Shown: positions 12,716 to 26,474, counted from the stretch's first letter. The stretch: 64,000 bases of DNA from Blepharisma stoltei ATCC 30299 (GCA_965603825.1 CBFDEM010000058.1:558001-622000); one strand, 5' to 3'. The notes: a model not told the origin generated them from the letters alone. A program made the numbers and translations.

Positions 12716-13260
12716 TATTTATCATTCATAATGTTTAATTTATGGCAAATACTACTTATGGACACGCTAAATCCTTTAAAGAAATGATATCAAAAATATG
12801 AAGTTACTTTTCACTTCTAATTGATATCCAAATCTTTAAAGTCATAATAAAACTATAAGTGAATTTCTTTCAAATTCTTTGAATTTAAGAGTAAGTCAAT
12901 TAAAAGTATCTTTATAAAAAGTAAATAAAATTTTATATAAGTCAGCAATTCCATAATAAATGCAATTTTATAATTAAGATCATAAAAATTGACTTTCTGA
13001 TAAAGTGTGTAAACAATAATGGCATTTTCATTCCTTTAAATTTAGTATTTGCAATATCCCACTATAAATTAACAAAAAAATATATCATTTGGAAATAAAA
13101 AAATGTTTGTAAATTTTTAGAATTAAGATAACTAAATGCATATATTCAAAAAAATTTTAATAGTTTAACCTCCTCATATCGGCAATAAAAATGAATCCTC
13201 TCGAATATCAAATAGGATACACAAAAACTACTTTATCAAAAATTGATATATTAAATAATA

Positions 13261-16200
13261 ATGATTAAATTATGGTTTTTCATTTTGCTTATTGCAAATT
13301 TATGTGATTCATGACAAGAAAATTCTAATGATTTTCACCAAGTAAATTTTCCAGAAATATATGAAATTGGCTTGCAAGAAATATTTATTCCAAACCTATA
13401 TATCAAAAAGGAATTCTATTTATCATTTTTAGCGAAAACTTATGCCAATACCCCAATGAGGCTAGCAGAAATTGCATGAGACGAACAAGAAAGTGCTTAT
13501 TTTGAATTAAATGACCACAAAATTACTTTGAGACTTAAAGACTCCCTAATCGAAGTGTCTTTAAATTTGAATTCCACTAATTGAAATTTAATAATTGGCG
13601 GCTTGGAAAATAGATATCTGAAGATTTGCTCCTATGAGTGGAAAAGCATGAATTCAGCTATAAAATGTGTCTCAAGCTCCATATTATTACCAAATTATAT
13701 TCCTCAAAGGTATTCGCCTTTTCGCGTGAATTTTGAAACTGATTACTTTCGGTTTCTTAGGATATCAGAAATCGCATCAAATCCAAAATTGCACATTGAA
13801 AATTTCCCTCAGCTTATGATAGAAAGAAGAATCCTAGATGAAAGATCTACCATAGAGATTGATTTCAGTGGTGTTCAGCCACAAGTAATTTATGGAAATT
13901 ATATGCCTCTTGGAAACGCAGATGGCGTAACATGAAATCCAGATTATTTAGATAAAAATTCTCCATATCCTATGATAAATTCTGGGATTTATTTTAATGG
14001 AGTTTCCTCAGCACTTTTCTTTCCAAAGTCCTCAAATTTTCCTTATGATAGTTCACTATCTGATCCCTTAGTTTTATCGTCTTTTCAAAGCTGAATTTTT
14101 TGGATTAGACCAATATTTCAGGATCAAGAATGCATTTTAGTTTCTAAACAGGAGTCTTTAAGCAGATACTTAAAAATTTCGCTAGGAAATGATGCATCCT
14201 CCTTATTTTTCACAGATGAGAACAACAAATTGACAACAGCTCAATCAGATAGCTCAGTCAAAAATAACACATGGCAACTATTATCTATAGCATGAAGCTC
14301 AACTGAAATAGAGTTTTACATAAATGATATAAAAGTAACTCAGATTTTGACAAGTTCATTAGGATTTTCAGATAACTCCAATTCACAACTAGTTATTGGG
14401 GCTGATTCATTAGAATCTTCAAATTACTATAAAGGGTTTTTATATTATTTATCCTATTTTTCCTTTAAAATTTCAATTGAAACAATACAAAATTATATAG
14501 GGAGCTGTCAGTCGTGCAATTGCCCGAGTAAAACAAACTCATGTCTCGGCTCATGCAATTTTGGTGAGTATTTTTACGATTCTCAGTGCAAATCTTGTCC
14601 AAATAAGTGCACAGAAATTGGCTGTATATATGGAGATAGTGGTGCTCAATGCAACAGATGCAGAGACTCTCTGTGTGAATTCTGTGAAACTTATACAGAA
14701 ACTTGCAAACAATGCAAAAAAAATGCGATTCTTGATAATTATTGCTACTGCCCAGATGGATTTTACAAAGATTATAATAGTGAAAGCTGCAAACCATGCC
14801 ATGATAATTGCAGCAAATGCTCAGGGGCTACTATGGATTTGTGTGATGAATGCGTAAAAGTAGTTGATAGCTGATGTGTTGAAGAATGCCCTAGTCTATA
14901 TACCACAGAAAGTGATGGAAGCTGCACTTTGTTCAACAAAGAACCTGAAAAACTTGTATTTGACTCTTTGAGCTCTCTTTTGGTTTCGAAACCATACTCA
15001 TTATTAAGCTTTCAAACTGGGATAAATGGCTATCACATGGAAACCACAGATCCATATCCTGAGTATCATAAAGGGTATTATTTTGACCCAAAAAGTTTAT
15101 TGATTCAAAACAATCAAGCAATGATAATTTCCCCACAAAATTCCTGGGCTTTTTGGCTTAAACCTACAAATCCAAGTGGGATTTTGCTATCAAAAAGATC
15201 AAGTGAAACTATATCTTATAGATGGATATTATCGGATAATATTCTATCTGTTGATATAAAATTATTAAATGGAAAATATTTGCATAGTTGCTCCATAGAG
15301 ATAAGCCAAAATATGTGGACTATGGTTGCAGCCATTTTAGAATATGAAAGTGGGCAATATGAAGGGTCTGTTAACTGTTTTATTAATGGCTCTTTTATGA
15401 ATTCTAATGAAATTGGAGTCACATATATAGATGATTCATCAGATTCTATTATTTATATAGGTGAAGAATACAATGGATGAATTTATGAAATTATTTATAG
15501 CCCAAATAAGCTTGATTTATCAAATTTCATTAGTGATGGCGATTGCAAAAGCTGCTCTTCTTGTGATTATACTTTGCCTGAGTTTTGCTTAGACGATTGC
15601 CCATTTCACCAATTTTATGATCCAGATAAAAATAAATGCGTAGAATGCGATAGCAGCTGTGGAAGCTGTGTAAGGAAAGAAAATTGCAGTTTGTGTATTG
15701 ATAAACTGTGCAGCTCTTGCTCTACATTTGAAGATGCCTGTGATAAATGTCTAGAGAATGCTTCTATGAATGAAGATTCTATTTGCAAATGCGCAGATGA
15801 GTTTATCTATAATCCATCAGTAGGATTATGCACAGAATGCTACGAAATCAATAGCTTATGCGTTATAAGCTGCCCTACTCTTTATATTTCACAAGAAAAC
15901 TATACTTGCACAGCAAGTGATAATTTATATATGAGATTCAGCTTTGAGACCCTGGAAAATATTATAACAGACAGCAGAGATCAACCGGTTTATGAACTTA
16001 TGACAGGATCCTCTTTGAGTTTTTATCCAAATTATGATGATAATGACCCTATTCCAGGCTACCAACGAGGCATGTTTTTTGATGGAAAAAATGACTATCT
16101 TCCAAGATATTCAGGCAATTTCACAATCTCACCTTATAGCACATGAATTCTTTGAATAAGCCCATACGATTTAAGCCAAGGCATGATTTTTTCAAAAAAT

Positions 16201-19200
16201 GATAATGAGAATGACAATGTAATCTCATTGTATAGTACCAATTATGATTCATATTTGGCTATCATGAATTGCTCCTTTTCCATTACTTTGTCTGAACACG
16301 AGTGAAATTTTATAGTGATTCTAATATCTCAAGACAAAAGTTCCAGCATTTCTGTCACTTTTATCAATAATGGCTATCAGAGTATAATGACTGAATCTGG
16401 GTCTATTGAAGACTATTTGAATTATTATTTAACTATCGGAGACAGCACAATAAGCTGCTGGGGCTGGTTTTATGAACTGGTTTATGCTGCCAAGCTATTA
16501 GACTCAGATGAAATTTCACAAGAGTATAAGGGCTATTATTATTGTCCTAGACAAGAGTCATTTTGCTTAAAAAGCTGTAATTTGAATCAATATTATTCTG
16601 AATCTGGAGAGTGTGCTGATTGCCTATCTAGTTGCAAAACATGTATATCAAACAGCACATGTGATTTATGTGCACAACAAAAATGCTCATCCTGCTCATC
16701 TATTGGTGGAAATTGCATATGTCCATATGATGCAACACAAAATTCCAACAATGTTTGTACCTGCATTGACCCAAACAAAAATTTTAATAAAAACACAATT
16801 TCTTGTGATTGCCATGATGGATACTGAAATAACCAAGGAGAATGTGAGATTTGCAACTACTACTTGCAAAATGATGATATTTCTTGCAATTTTGCAAGTA
16901 GCTATAGGCAGCTTGAAATAACTTTTTCAGTTCCAGTAAAAACTTCAGGGATTTCATGCGAGTCTTTATTTAATTCAGACACTTTAAATAAATTTGGGGA
17001 CGATTATAGATGTTACTTTATGAATGACAACTTAAAATTTTATGTTAATTTGGGATTGAATTTTACTATTAAAGAAGGGGACAGTTTGAGCTTTCAAAAG
17101 GAAATAATTGGGAAAACATCAAAATGTGGGTATGAGAAGACATTAGTTAAAGCTACCCTAGAGCATAAATATGATTACCCAAGCCCTATAATTATATTGA
17201 ATGCTCCAAGTGTTATAGATATGAGCTGCCAAGATTTGAGGATCGTTGGCAGAGTTAATGGAAAATTAAATCACGACTTAGAAATAAAGTGGTCATTTTC
17301 TTCTAATCCAAGCAATGCAAATTTGATAAAATATGAAACCGATTATCAAATCAGCATAGCAAGCATTTTAATCCCAAAAGCAGAGCTACTTTCAGGGATT
17401 TTAACAGTAACCTTAACAGCAAAAAACTTTTTGGGATCAATATCAAATTTATCTCAAAATATCACTGTTTCATCTAGTTCAGCAATATCAATAAATTTTG
17501 ACTCTTTATATTATTCAATAACAAGATTTCATCCATTTACAGTATCTATTGGCTCCCTTTCCTCATGCCAAGCGTTATCAAATAATATCAATATAGAATG
17601 AAGTTTAAGCTCAGTTATGAATAATCAAACGGCGATTAACGAGACGACTTTATGAGCCAGCCAAAACGGTCAAATGGCTTTAATAATACCCAAAGGATGG
17701 ATTCCAGCTCTTTCAACTGCGAATTTCAAGATAGAAGCAACTGACCAAAGCACTGGCTTTACAGGCACAAACTATATAAGCATTTATAGCAAAGAATCAT
17801 TGCCAGTTATATTATTTGATAGAACAGATGGTATTGCATCAGCTAATGAGCAGCTATCAATAAGCGCATTAAGCTCATATGACCCAGATGGCCTTGCCAC
17901 TTTTTCTTATAAATGAAGCTGTAATACGAATTATGAAGATTGCAGTAGCTTAATCACAAGCGTCTCGTCAGGAACTTTAAATGTCCCAAAAAATTCTCTT
18001 TCTGTCGGGGAAAGCTATATATTTACAATCACAGTGACAAAATCAAACTCCGCGAAATTATCATCAACAAAGCAAATCACTATAAATATAGTTGGAAATT
18101 CTGGATCTAAAATTTCTATTGCTGAAACAAATATAATAAAACCAAATGTAGTGAATCCTAATGAAGCTTATAAAATAAAAATTAATCAATTGGTGAGTTT
18201 GGTTACTTGGAGCTGCCAAAGTGAACTTCCTATTGAATTTGCAAGCAGCTTGAATACTAATTTTTTAGTGGTTAAAGAAAATTCTTTGCAGCAAGGAGCA
18301 TATTATACGCTCGATATATTAATTGGCTCAAGCTATAGCTATACTTGAAGTTTTTATGTAAACCAAGCTCCAGTTTTTGGGGATTTTATTGTATCTCCTC
18401 AGAATGGGGTTGAACTAGAAACAATTTTTACATTAGAAGCTTATGAATGGATTGATATAGAGGAAGATTATCCTTTGAGTTATATTTTTGGAATGACTAT
18501 TGATAATTCTTCCATTTATTTATCTGGAAAAAATTCCTCTTCAATTTTTTATTCCAAGTTTTTAAATGGAAATTATGAAATTTTTGTAGATATATATGAC
18601 TCCCTTAATACCTATTCCAGAGTAGTTTCTAATATAACAGTAGAAAAAAATACCAAAACAGACTATTCAAAACTATATGAAGAGATAAATAAGCAACAAA
18701 GTTCACCAACTCTTGATATCCCAACTATAGTTTCCTCTACTTATTGATTGACAAGCTTACCATTGAATTTTTCTGGAATCTCAAATTTAGCTGTCGACAC
18801 TTCTTTGAAATTTAATTTGTCAATTAAATACATTAACTCATACATTGATTTAATGGATCCTGATGATTTTTCATCATACTATGGTCTTCTTTCTATGCTA
18901 AAAATGATTTCTCAGGCGTTATTTATAAACTCTTATGAAGAGTTGCTGATATTCAATAAAACCATAGCTAACATTTTCACATACAATAGTGTTGCGTTAA
19001 GAGACAGACAAGTAGAAATTTTCTTTGAATCATTGAATGCTATTTATAGCAATTCATTTTTGAATGAAAGTGTAATTGGATTAATAGAAGATAATATAGT
19101 AATTGCAAGTTCTATAATTCGTCCGTATATGATATCAAATGAAAATAAGCACTTTTATAGTGGCAACATAGAAACATTATTTGCAAATACCCAAACTCGA

Positions 19201-20535
19201 TATATTTTTGACTCAACTTTGTCATTAAACAATTTCACTTTTCATCTTCCTGTCAATATTCCTCAACTTATTCCAAAAAAATCACCATTTTCTATCATTT
19301 ATTCTAAATTTTCATTAGCATCTCCAAAATATCCAGTTATAGCTTATACCTTATATGAGGCTGGCAACAATACTCCGTTATCTATTTCATTAAATTACAC
19401 AGAAATCGAATTTCAAACTCCAAATTTAAATACATCACAAGAGATGCACTGTGCGACGCTAAACAGGACAAGTTCTGCCTGAAATGAGAGCAGCTGCTCT
19501 TTAGGCAAAATTTCTGAAAGCTCAGTTACTTGCAATTGCTATCATTTATCTATTTATTCAATTCAAATAAAAAACACGACAAATAATGACCCAGGGGGTG
19601 ATCCTAACAATCCTATTACAATAGATATAGAAAAAGGATCCTTCATTCCAGTTTATATATTTGGCGGTATAGCTTTTCTTTATATTATTTCTATGATTTC
19701 TTCTTTTATGTGAGAAAAAAATGAGAAAATCGAAGTCAATGTTATCGCACCGATCAAGGATAGTTCAATATCAAATAGATCAAACGTATCACTCCATCAC
19801 AATCATCAGGATTCTGCACGTTTTGATTTTAAGCAGTCAAGAAGTTTAATACCTCTCGACATAAGCGATACTGTTGAAATTGTTGATAAAACTTTAGCAA
19901 AAATCGAGATAAGCTTTATGGAGCCTCCACATGAAAGTAAACGATGGGAATATGTATTGAAAAAGCATATCCTTCTCTGTATTTTTATCAAAGATCCTCA
20001 TGTGAAGTTATATAAAAAGATAAATATACTTGCAATGTATTTTATAGTAAGTTTAGGACTGCTGGGGGCAATTTACCATTGGGATGAGTTTTATCAGGAT
20101 AATTTGAACAATAAATCATTTATAGGAGTTTTGGAAAGTTTGAATGGAAAAGATATGATACCTATTGGGGCATCTATATTAGTTACATATATTATATGCT
20201 TTTTATTAGAGACTTTATCAGAAAATATGCCTGTATTTGAAGGAATTGACGAAGAAACCTATTACAGAACTGTGAGAAATAATAGAATAAAAGTCATATC
20301 TTGTGTGATTTTGTCGTTATTAATATTCAGCTTAAGTGCTTACTTGACCGCAATTTTTTCTCAAGACTTCAGTACAGCAATGATATACTTGTGGATAATA
20401 AGCATCATTATTTCTTATGTAGTTGGGATTTTTATTGCGCCTTTTCTAAAAATGCTTATTGAAATTGCTATATATCAAAATTTTGTGAAATTTTATTATG
20501 CTATGAGGGGCTGGCAAAAAGAAGAGAAAGCTTAG
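13261..20535 (+). CDS. polycystin-1-like surface protein (~2424 aa): signal peptide, LamG-like and furin/EGF-like Cys-rich repeats, REJ region, GPS motif, ~5 TM
   Basis: All sub-ORFs from 13603 to 19918 share the frame of ATG 13261 (MIKLWFFILLIANLC). CxxC repeats. REJ-like SSYDPDG, VNQAPVFGDFIVSPQNG, WIDIEEDYPLSYIF. GPS C..(W)NESSC...VTCNCYHLSIY. C-terminal hydrophobic helices. Ends TAG. Confidence 0.88.
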
Positions 20536-20724
20536 ACATAATTTATAATAATTAAAATTTCTTTAAATAATCATTAAAAATCTACACCTTAATTAAGATA
20601 TCAGTAGAGGATTAAAATACTTTTATCGATTATTTGTTATTATAACTTTATAAATATGATAATTTAAAAATGATTAATCATATCAACCAAAAATTATTAA
20701 AATAGCAATTTCTTATAAAATACA

Positions 20725-21399
20725 ATGTCAAATGATGTAAATTCCCAAACGGGTTTCACTTTAAAAGCAATCGGGAAAAGTTGCTCAATCTCCTCCTTAA
20801 TTAAAAGACCAAAACTGTCTCTGGACAACTCTACTTCTCAAAGAAAAACCTTTATTTCATTCCCTTCTACAGTCTCTCTAAATCCAGTCATAAAAACAAG
20901 CTTCACAAGTCGCTCCACAGAAAACCTCAAAAGATTTTCATCAAAAAATTCATATCATAATGATTTTCTCAAAGATTTTACTATAAGAAAAAACATCATT
21001 TGCAGGATGCTTAATGAGAGAGAAAGGAGCCTTCGAACTGAGCAGGATAGAATACAATTGTCTGAAAAATATGAAAAATTAAGAGATAAACAAGAAATAA
21101 GATCTAGAAGATCAAGGCAAATAGCAAAACTTGAAAAAGATTTTAAAAGACATGTGACAACCGGCCGAGATTTTGATTTTAAGTTTGAAGACGATATTAA
21201 AACAAAAAGAAAACAAGTGACCAACAATAAAATACCGAAAACAAAATGCCCTTTGAGACAAAGCAAGGTTGATATAAACATAGATCCAGAAATAAACCGC
21301 AAGCTTTTTACGTTGCAAGACCTTCAAGCCATATTAAATTTTCATAAAGATCAGCCCTTTAAATTTTATTTATTTTGTCTTAAATGATGGCATGCATAG
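20725..21399 (+). CDS. hypothetical basic coiled-coil protein
   Basis: ORF 20725; the TGA at 21385 reads as Trp and the next stop is TAG 21397-21399. Confidence 0.65.
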
Positions 21400-22337
21400 C
21401 AAATGTCTTCATACTCACTGTTGAACTTTTCCAAATGATTAATCGGCCCGTCTTTTGTGTGTTTACAAATAGCACAAATTTCATTGAAGTTTCCTTGTGG
21501 AATTAATTTTGTTGCAGTTCTTAATAGCGTATGTGTAGTTGATGGGAACTTTGACTGCAAGTTTCCGAGGAAATCTTGTATAAGTATGTCCATGCTTCCA
21601 GCCCAAGGCAAAGTGAGTGATTGAGCCATAGGAAGTTTTGTAAGCAATGGAACATCATATATAGAATGATATATCGCCACCTCTTTTTCTAATAACTCTC
21701 TCAAAGGTCTTGCTATCGTAATTCCATCTACTAAAAGTATAGGTGATGAAAATGAAGAAACGCTTACTCCGCGGCCTTTACAAATTTCTGACATAACTAG
21801 CGTAGACACTCTGCTTGCGCTTTCTCCAGTGATTACTTTCTGGTAGTTGTTTTCTCTTGCAAAATCTGTGATCAAATTATTAATAACGAAATAGAGCATA
21901 TCAGATTTAGCTTGGCTTGGTAAATTTAATTGTTCTTCAATGTCTGGAATTTTCTCTTCAATTTTGATCACATTTATATGCACATTGTAGCGCTTTTCAA
22001 CGGACTCTAGAAATTCAGATACTTGGGACTGTGGGGTATGGTATATAAAAGAGTCGTCAATGTATAGCAAAACTGGTGTAAATTGCATTAATTTGGTAGT
22101 TTTTTCAGGGTTCTTGCATGTGTCTGTTAAATGGAGCATAGACATGGAATTAGCACCACCTGAGATTGCAATGAGAAGATTCTCGCCTTTTTTAGGAGAT
22201 AGAAGAGCCTTGAGATTGGAACGAAAAAGATGCTCTGTATTTTTGATAAAGCAATCTCTGCATACTTTTTGTGATCGAATTTTGTAGTTTGGGGGTTTTA
22301 CGCCGCACTTGTAGCAGAGCTGCTTTTGTTCTTCCAT
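21366..22337 (-). CDS. CTU2: cytoplasmic tRNA 2-thiolation protein 2
   Basis: N-terminal CxKC..CRDCF, degenerate PP-loop LLIAISGGANSMSML, RPLRELLEKEV, FPSTTHTLLRTATKL, C-terminal CxxC..CYAC. Confidence 0.88.
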   Translation of the reverse strand: MEEQKQLCYKCGVKPPNYKIRSQKVCRDCFIKNTEHLFRSNLKALLSPKKGENLLIAISGGANSMSMLHLTDTCKNPEKTTKLMQFTPVLLYIDDSFIYHTPQSQVSEFLESVEKRYNVHINVIKIEEKIPDIEEQLNLPSQAKSDMLYFVINNLITDFARENNYQKVITGESASRVSTLVMSEICKGRGVSVSSFSSPILLVDGITIARPLRELLEKEVAIYHSIYDVPLLTKLPMAQSLTLPWAGSMDILIQDFLGNLQSKFPSTTHTLLRTATKLIPQGNFNEICAICKHTKDGPINHLEKFNSEYEDICYACHHLRQNK

Positions 22338-22491
22338 TTATTCAAGACTTGAACTTATTTAGATTTTTATCAGCATTATAATAATTTCTTAAATTGAGAA
22401 TTTGATTGCTCAAAAGAGGACTAATAGCAATAAAAAGCAAATAAATAATATATCATTCTTATTTAAATAAAATAATATAAGAACTGCAAAA

Positions 22492-23388
22492 ATGGTTCTT
22501 AGTGATGAAGAAGAAAAAACAATTAATACGACACTCATAGTTTGCAACTCTCTAAGCTTTATAGGCTGCTTTTTCATACTACTTATGTATCTATTTTTCA
22601 AAGAACTCAGAAGTTTTTCATTTAGACTTGTACAATATATGTCAATAATTGATCTTTTTCATTCAATTACTCTTATGCTCCCATGAGATGAATCAAACTG
22701 GTGATGCATTATCCAAGCATCTTCTCTTCAATATACAGCTCTGAGCAGCATTGTCTGAAGTTTAATAATAGCATATGCTCTCTATGACTCCGTCATCAAC
22801 CAAAACTCTAAAGTTGAGCTTAACGAAATAAAATTTATTTTAGTGGGGTATTTGTCTCCTATTCTTACGGCAATACCTCCTTTTTTTACTAACAGCTATG
22901 GAAAAGCTGAAGGCTGATGTTGGATGAGGATTAGGGAAGATCATTATACAATAGACGTTACTTGGAGATTTATGCTATTTTATATACCTATATGAATTAT
23001 TTTTATCATAAGTATCATAATTTATTACAGGATTATCAAATATGTTAATAAACAGTTCAAAGGAGTTGCGGATTCAAGTGAGTTTAACTTAAAAAAAGCA
23101 CTAATAAGAAGACTTATACTTTATCCTCTAATCACCTTTTTTTGCTATTTATTAGTAACAGTGAGGAGGATTTATGATTTTTTTGACCCAAGAGAATCTT
23201 ATTTTCCATTAGCAGAATCTTCAGCAATTATGATTTCATTGACTGGATTTTTTAATGCTTTTGTGTATGGATTTACTAGCTCAGTAAGATATGCTATAAA
23301 GCAAGCATGGGCAAGTAGGAAAAAAGATTCAATTGACTCGAGAAACTCTCAGAGTTTATCTCAGTATCCTCATTATACAGGATTTTAA
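22492..23388 (+). CDS. cAMP-receptor-like (GCR1/GPR157-type) 7TM receptor, copy 1 (298 aa)
   Basis: With TGA=Trp one ORF: LSFIGCFFI, RLVQYMSIIDL, YGKAEG(W)CW, RRLILYP, TGFFNAFVYG. Confidence 0.88.
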
Positions 23389-23944
23389 TTTGCTTTGCAA
23401 ATCTAAAATTAATAAATTATTCTGATAAAGGTGCGAAATTATAAGCTTTAAAGAGCTTAATATTAGCTAAAATTTTATTTCCTTGCTTGCAATTTTGAAA
23501 TCTTTTCTTCACAAGCTCATCTTATAAAACATTCTTATAAAATGAATGTGGATCATTTATTTTTATGAAGAGGATCTGATAAGGCTAGTAAAGTTATATT
23601 AATTCTCCTTTAGTAAACCTACTGATTTAATGTTCAATCCTTTATTAATAAGTGCTAGCCTAAAATTAACTTAAGAAATATTCTTTTAACTAAGAGTACT
23701 TCATAGGCTTTTAAGCCAAAAATTGAAATTTCTTATTCTAACTTCCTTTTGCAAAATAAAAACAAAAGAACATTACCTTCAATCATTTAATAAATTGATT
23801 GCCACATATTGCTTCTCTTACTAAGCTCTATAAAAATCAAAGACTCTGTTTTAACTTTATAAATCAAAAGATTAATTTCATTAAATTGACATAATATTTC
23901 TATCAAATAGATTTCTAGCAGCATAAATAAGCCAATAATTACAA

Positions 23945-24841
23945 ATGGCACTTTCTTCATCTCAAAATGAAGCATTTAGTTCAGTTTTGATCGTATGCAA
24001 TTCATTAAGCATCTTTGGATGCTTATTTATCATTTTTCTTTATCTTATTTTCGGGGAATTGAGAACTTTTGCATTTAGATTGGTTTTTCACATGTCTATT
24101 GTAGATTTATTCCATTCAATATCTCTTCTCCCTGGCTATGAAATTTCAGAATGACTGTGCATCTTTCAAGGGTCCTTGCTTCAATATACAAGTTTTGGAG
24201 GTGCCGTATGGAGTGTGATAATTGCGTATTCGTTATTTGATACTGTGGTATTGCATAATACTAAAATCCAAGCTAAAGAGTCAAAATTCCTTATAATTGG
24301 CTATATCTTCCCAGTTTTAGTTACAATTCCACCTTTTGTAACTAAAAGCTATGGTAGTGCAGAGGGCTGATGCTGAATTAGTATAAGTAACGATCACTTC
24401 ACAATAGATACAATATGAAGGTTTGTATTATTTTATATACCCCTATGACTTATGTTTATCTATAACATTGTTACTTATTTTGTTGTGATCAACAATATCA
24501 TTAAAGAGTTCAAAAATCTTGATAACTCTGATATGAAAACAGCTTTAGTCAGAAGACTAAGAATGTATCCATTTGTATTGATTTTTAGTTATTTATTTTC
24601 AACAATAAAAAGAATTTATGATTTTATTAATCCAGAAGAAGAGTTTTTTCCTTTAATTATTTGTGCTGGAGCAATGCTATCTTTAGTAGGATTTTTAAAT
24701 GGTTTTGTGTATGGGTTTACTGATTCAGTGAAAGTGGCGATTAAAGAAGCTTGAATTGGAGGAAAAAGAACGAATTCATATGCTGCTGAAGGTTCTCAAA
24801 GCTTGATGAATATTACGCAAATTAAGGCTTGCGTATTGTAA
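23945..24841 (+). CDS. cAMP-receptor-like 7TM receptor, copy 2 (298 aa), tandem paralog
   Basis: Same motifs (YGSAEG(W)C(W), RRLRMYP, VGFLNGFVYG); TAA 24839-24841. Confidence 0.88.
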
Positions 24842-24872
24842 TTAAAATTATAATTGGGATTTATTTTAGCTT

Positions 24873-25103
24873 AAAATAAGGCTATAAATGGAGTTATGTT
24901 GTAATTAAAATCACTGAAAGCAAAGGAGGTAAGATGAGATTATTTAAAACCATTTTTAATGTTAATTATATGTGATGGGCCAAAATAGGCATTTTTCTTG
25001 TTTCGATTAAATTATTTTTAGATTATAATTGCTCATTTTTTATCAGCAAGTTTCGCTTTAACTAGCTTTATTAAAAGGTTTTAAAACTTTATAGCCTTAT
25101 TTT
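24873..25103. repeat. 16-bp perfect inverted repeat pair (aaaataaggctataaa / tttatagccttatttt) about 200 bp apart
   Basis: 24873-24888 is the exact reverse complement of 25088-25103. Confidence 0.6.
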
Positions 25104-25718
25104 GACCAATTATTAATAGCATTTCTTGTGATCTAAACTTATTTACTAACCATTAAAAATATTGAAAAGCATCTCTAGTGTATTGATTATGCCATAGAAT
25201 TCAATTATGCAATTAATACAGAAAAGCATTATTTTAAGACTTAAAATAAAAGGACAAAACTTTGCTTTTCACAAGATTTCAGGGATTGCGGTGCATGGTA
25301 TAATTGAATTAAAACGGCCTATAAAGGATCTCAAAATATTGTTTATATTCCAGTATAAGCACTTTAATTTTGTTTATCCCTAGATTAGTCCAATACGAAA
25401 AGTATATTATATAAATACTCCCTTAGAACTCACTCAAGCCAAAAAAAGAAGAAATATCTGATGCCAATTCAGCTCGTTATCTATATCAATATTATGAGAT
25501 GATATGAAATTCCGGCAGCAAGCAAGAAATCATCTATTCTAACAGCTAAATGCCAGCAAAGCATATTGAAACAAAGATTCTTGAACTAAGCTAAATTATG
25601 CCTTATTAAAGGGTGATTAAACTTATCTAGCATGACAATTTTTATTATTAAAAATATCTTTAATATTGAGCCTTATCTCTAATCCTTAAAAATTTATTAA
25701 ATAATAGCTCTGCGCTCA

Positions 25719-26045
25719 CTATAAAGTCATTAGTCGTTCTCTAGCCATCTTTATTCGGTTTTTAACAGGAGATTCAATTTCAATCGAAATTTCCTTTGTT
25801 TGAATTGCATTTTGAGAGCTAGACGACATTTTTTTCATTATTAAAACACCTCCGATTTCTTGATAATACTTTTCATTTACTGAAGGGATACCAAAAGAAT
25901 TCATATCTGCCCGTAAACTGCTTAGTGAATCTGAATCTTCTTCCTCCTCCTCTCGTTTTTGATGTGTAGTAGGTATTATTGTTGAAATTTTTGTTGATGA
26001 TTTTTTCTTTTTCCTCTTAGAACAGTGTAAAAAAGAAAGGCACAT
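25719..26045 (-). CDS. small hypothetical protein (108 aa)
   Basis: ATG to TAG with basic and acidic tracts; no homology recognised. Confidence 0.5.
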   Translation of the reverse strand: MCLSFLHCSKRKKKKSSTKISTIIPTTHQKREEEEEDSDSLSSLRADMNSFGIPSVNEKYYQEIGGVLIMKKMSSSSQNAIQTKEISIEIESPVKNRIKMARERLMTL

Positions 26046-26474
26046 AATTAATTTTTCGTTTAAATATGTTAATGTTTTTTTCTTATAGTTGCCAAATATT
26101 AAATAATAAGCTAAGAATTTTAGAGAAATAAAGATTAATTAACAAAAAAGCTTACCTAAAAAAAGTAAGCGAGGATTTTTCGGCAAAATTTCACATTTGC
26201 TATCATTTCATATACTAAAAATTGTAATGCAAATCTCAAATTTTGGTTCAAGGATAATTAAAAGTTCCGCAATTATAGTAACAGCAAGACTATATCAAAA
26301 GCTATAGTTTATTCTAGGCTTGAAAAAAGTGTTGAAAAAATCAGAGGCTATCAGAGTCTCTAAAATGGCACTTAATAATGGAATTTTCATAAATTCAACT
26401 TCATAACTAATTTTATAAAACTGTGTTTACTGGCTTGAAAATCGACTATTAAATTGATTATTTAATAAACTAAA

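Noticed and set aside
6692-20535. Apparent pseudogenisation (many short ORFs)
   Set aside because: All breaks are in-frame TGA at Trp positions; the genes are intact under UGA=Trp.
26149-26169. Short hairpin gcttac-N9-gtaagc
   Set aside because: A 6-bp stem is expected by chance.
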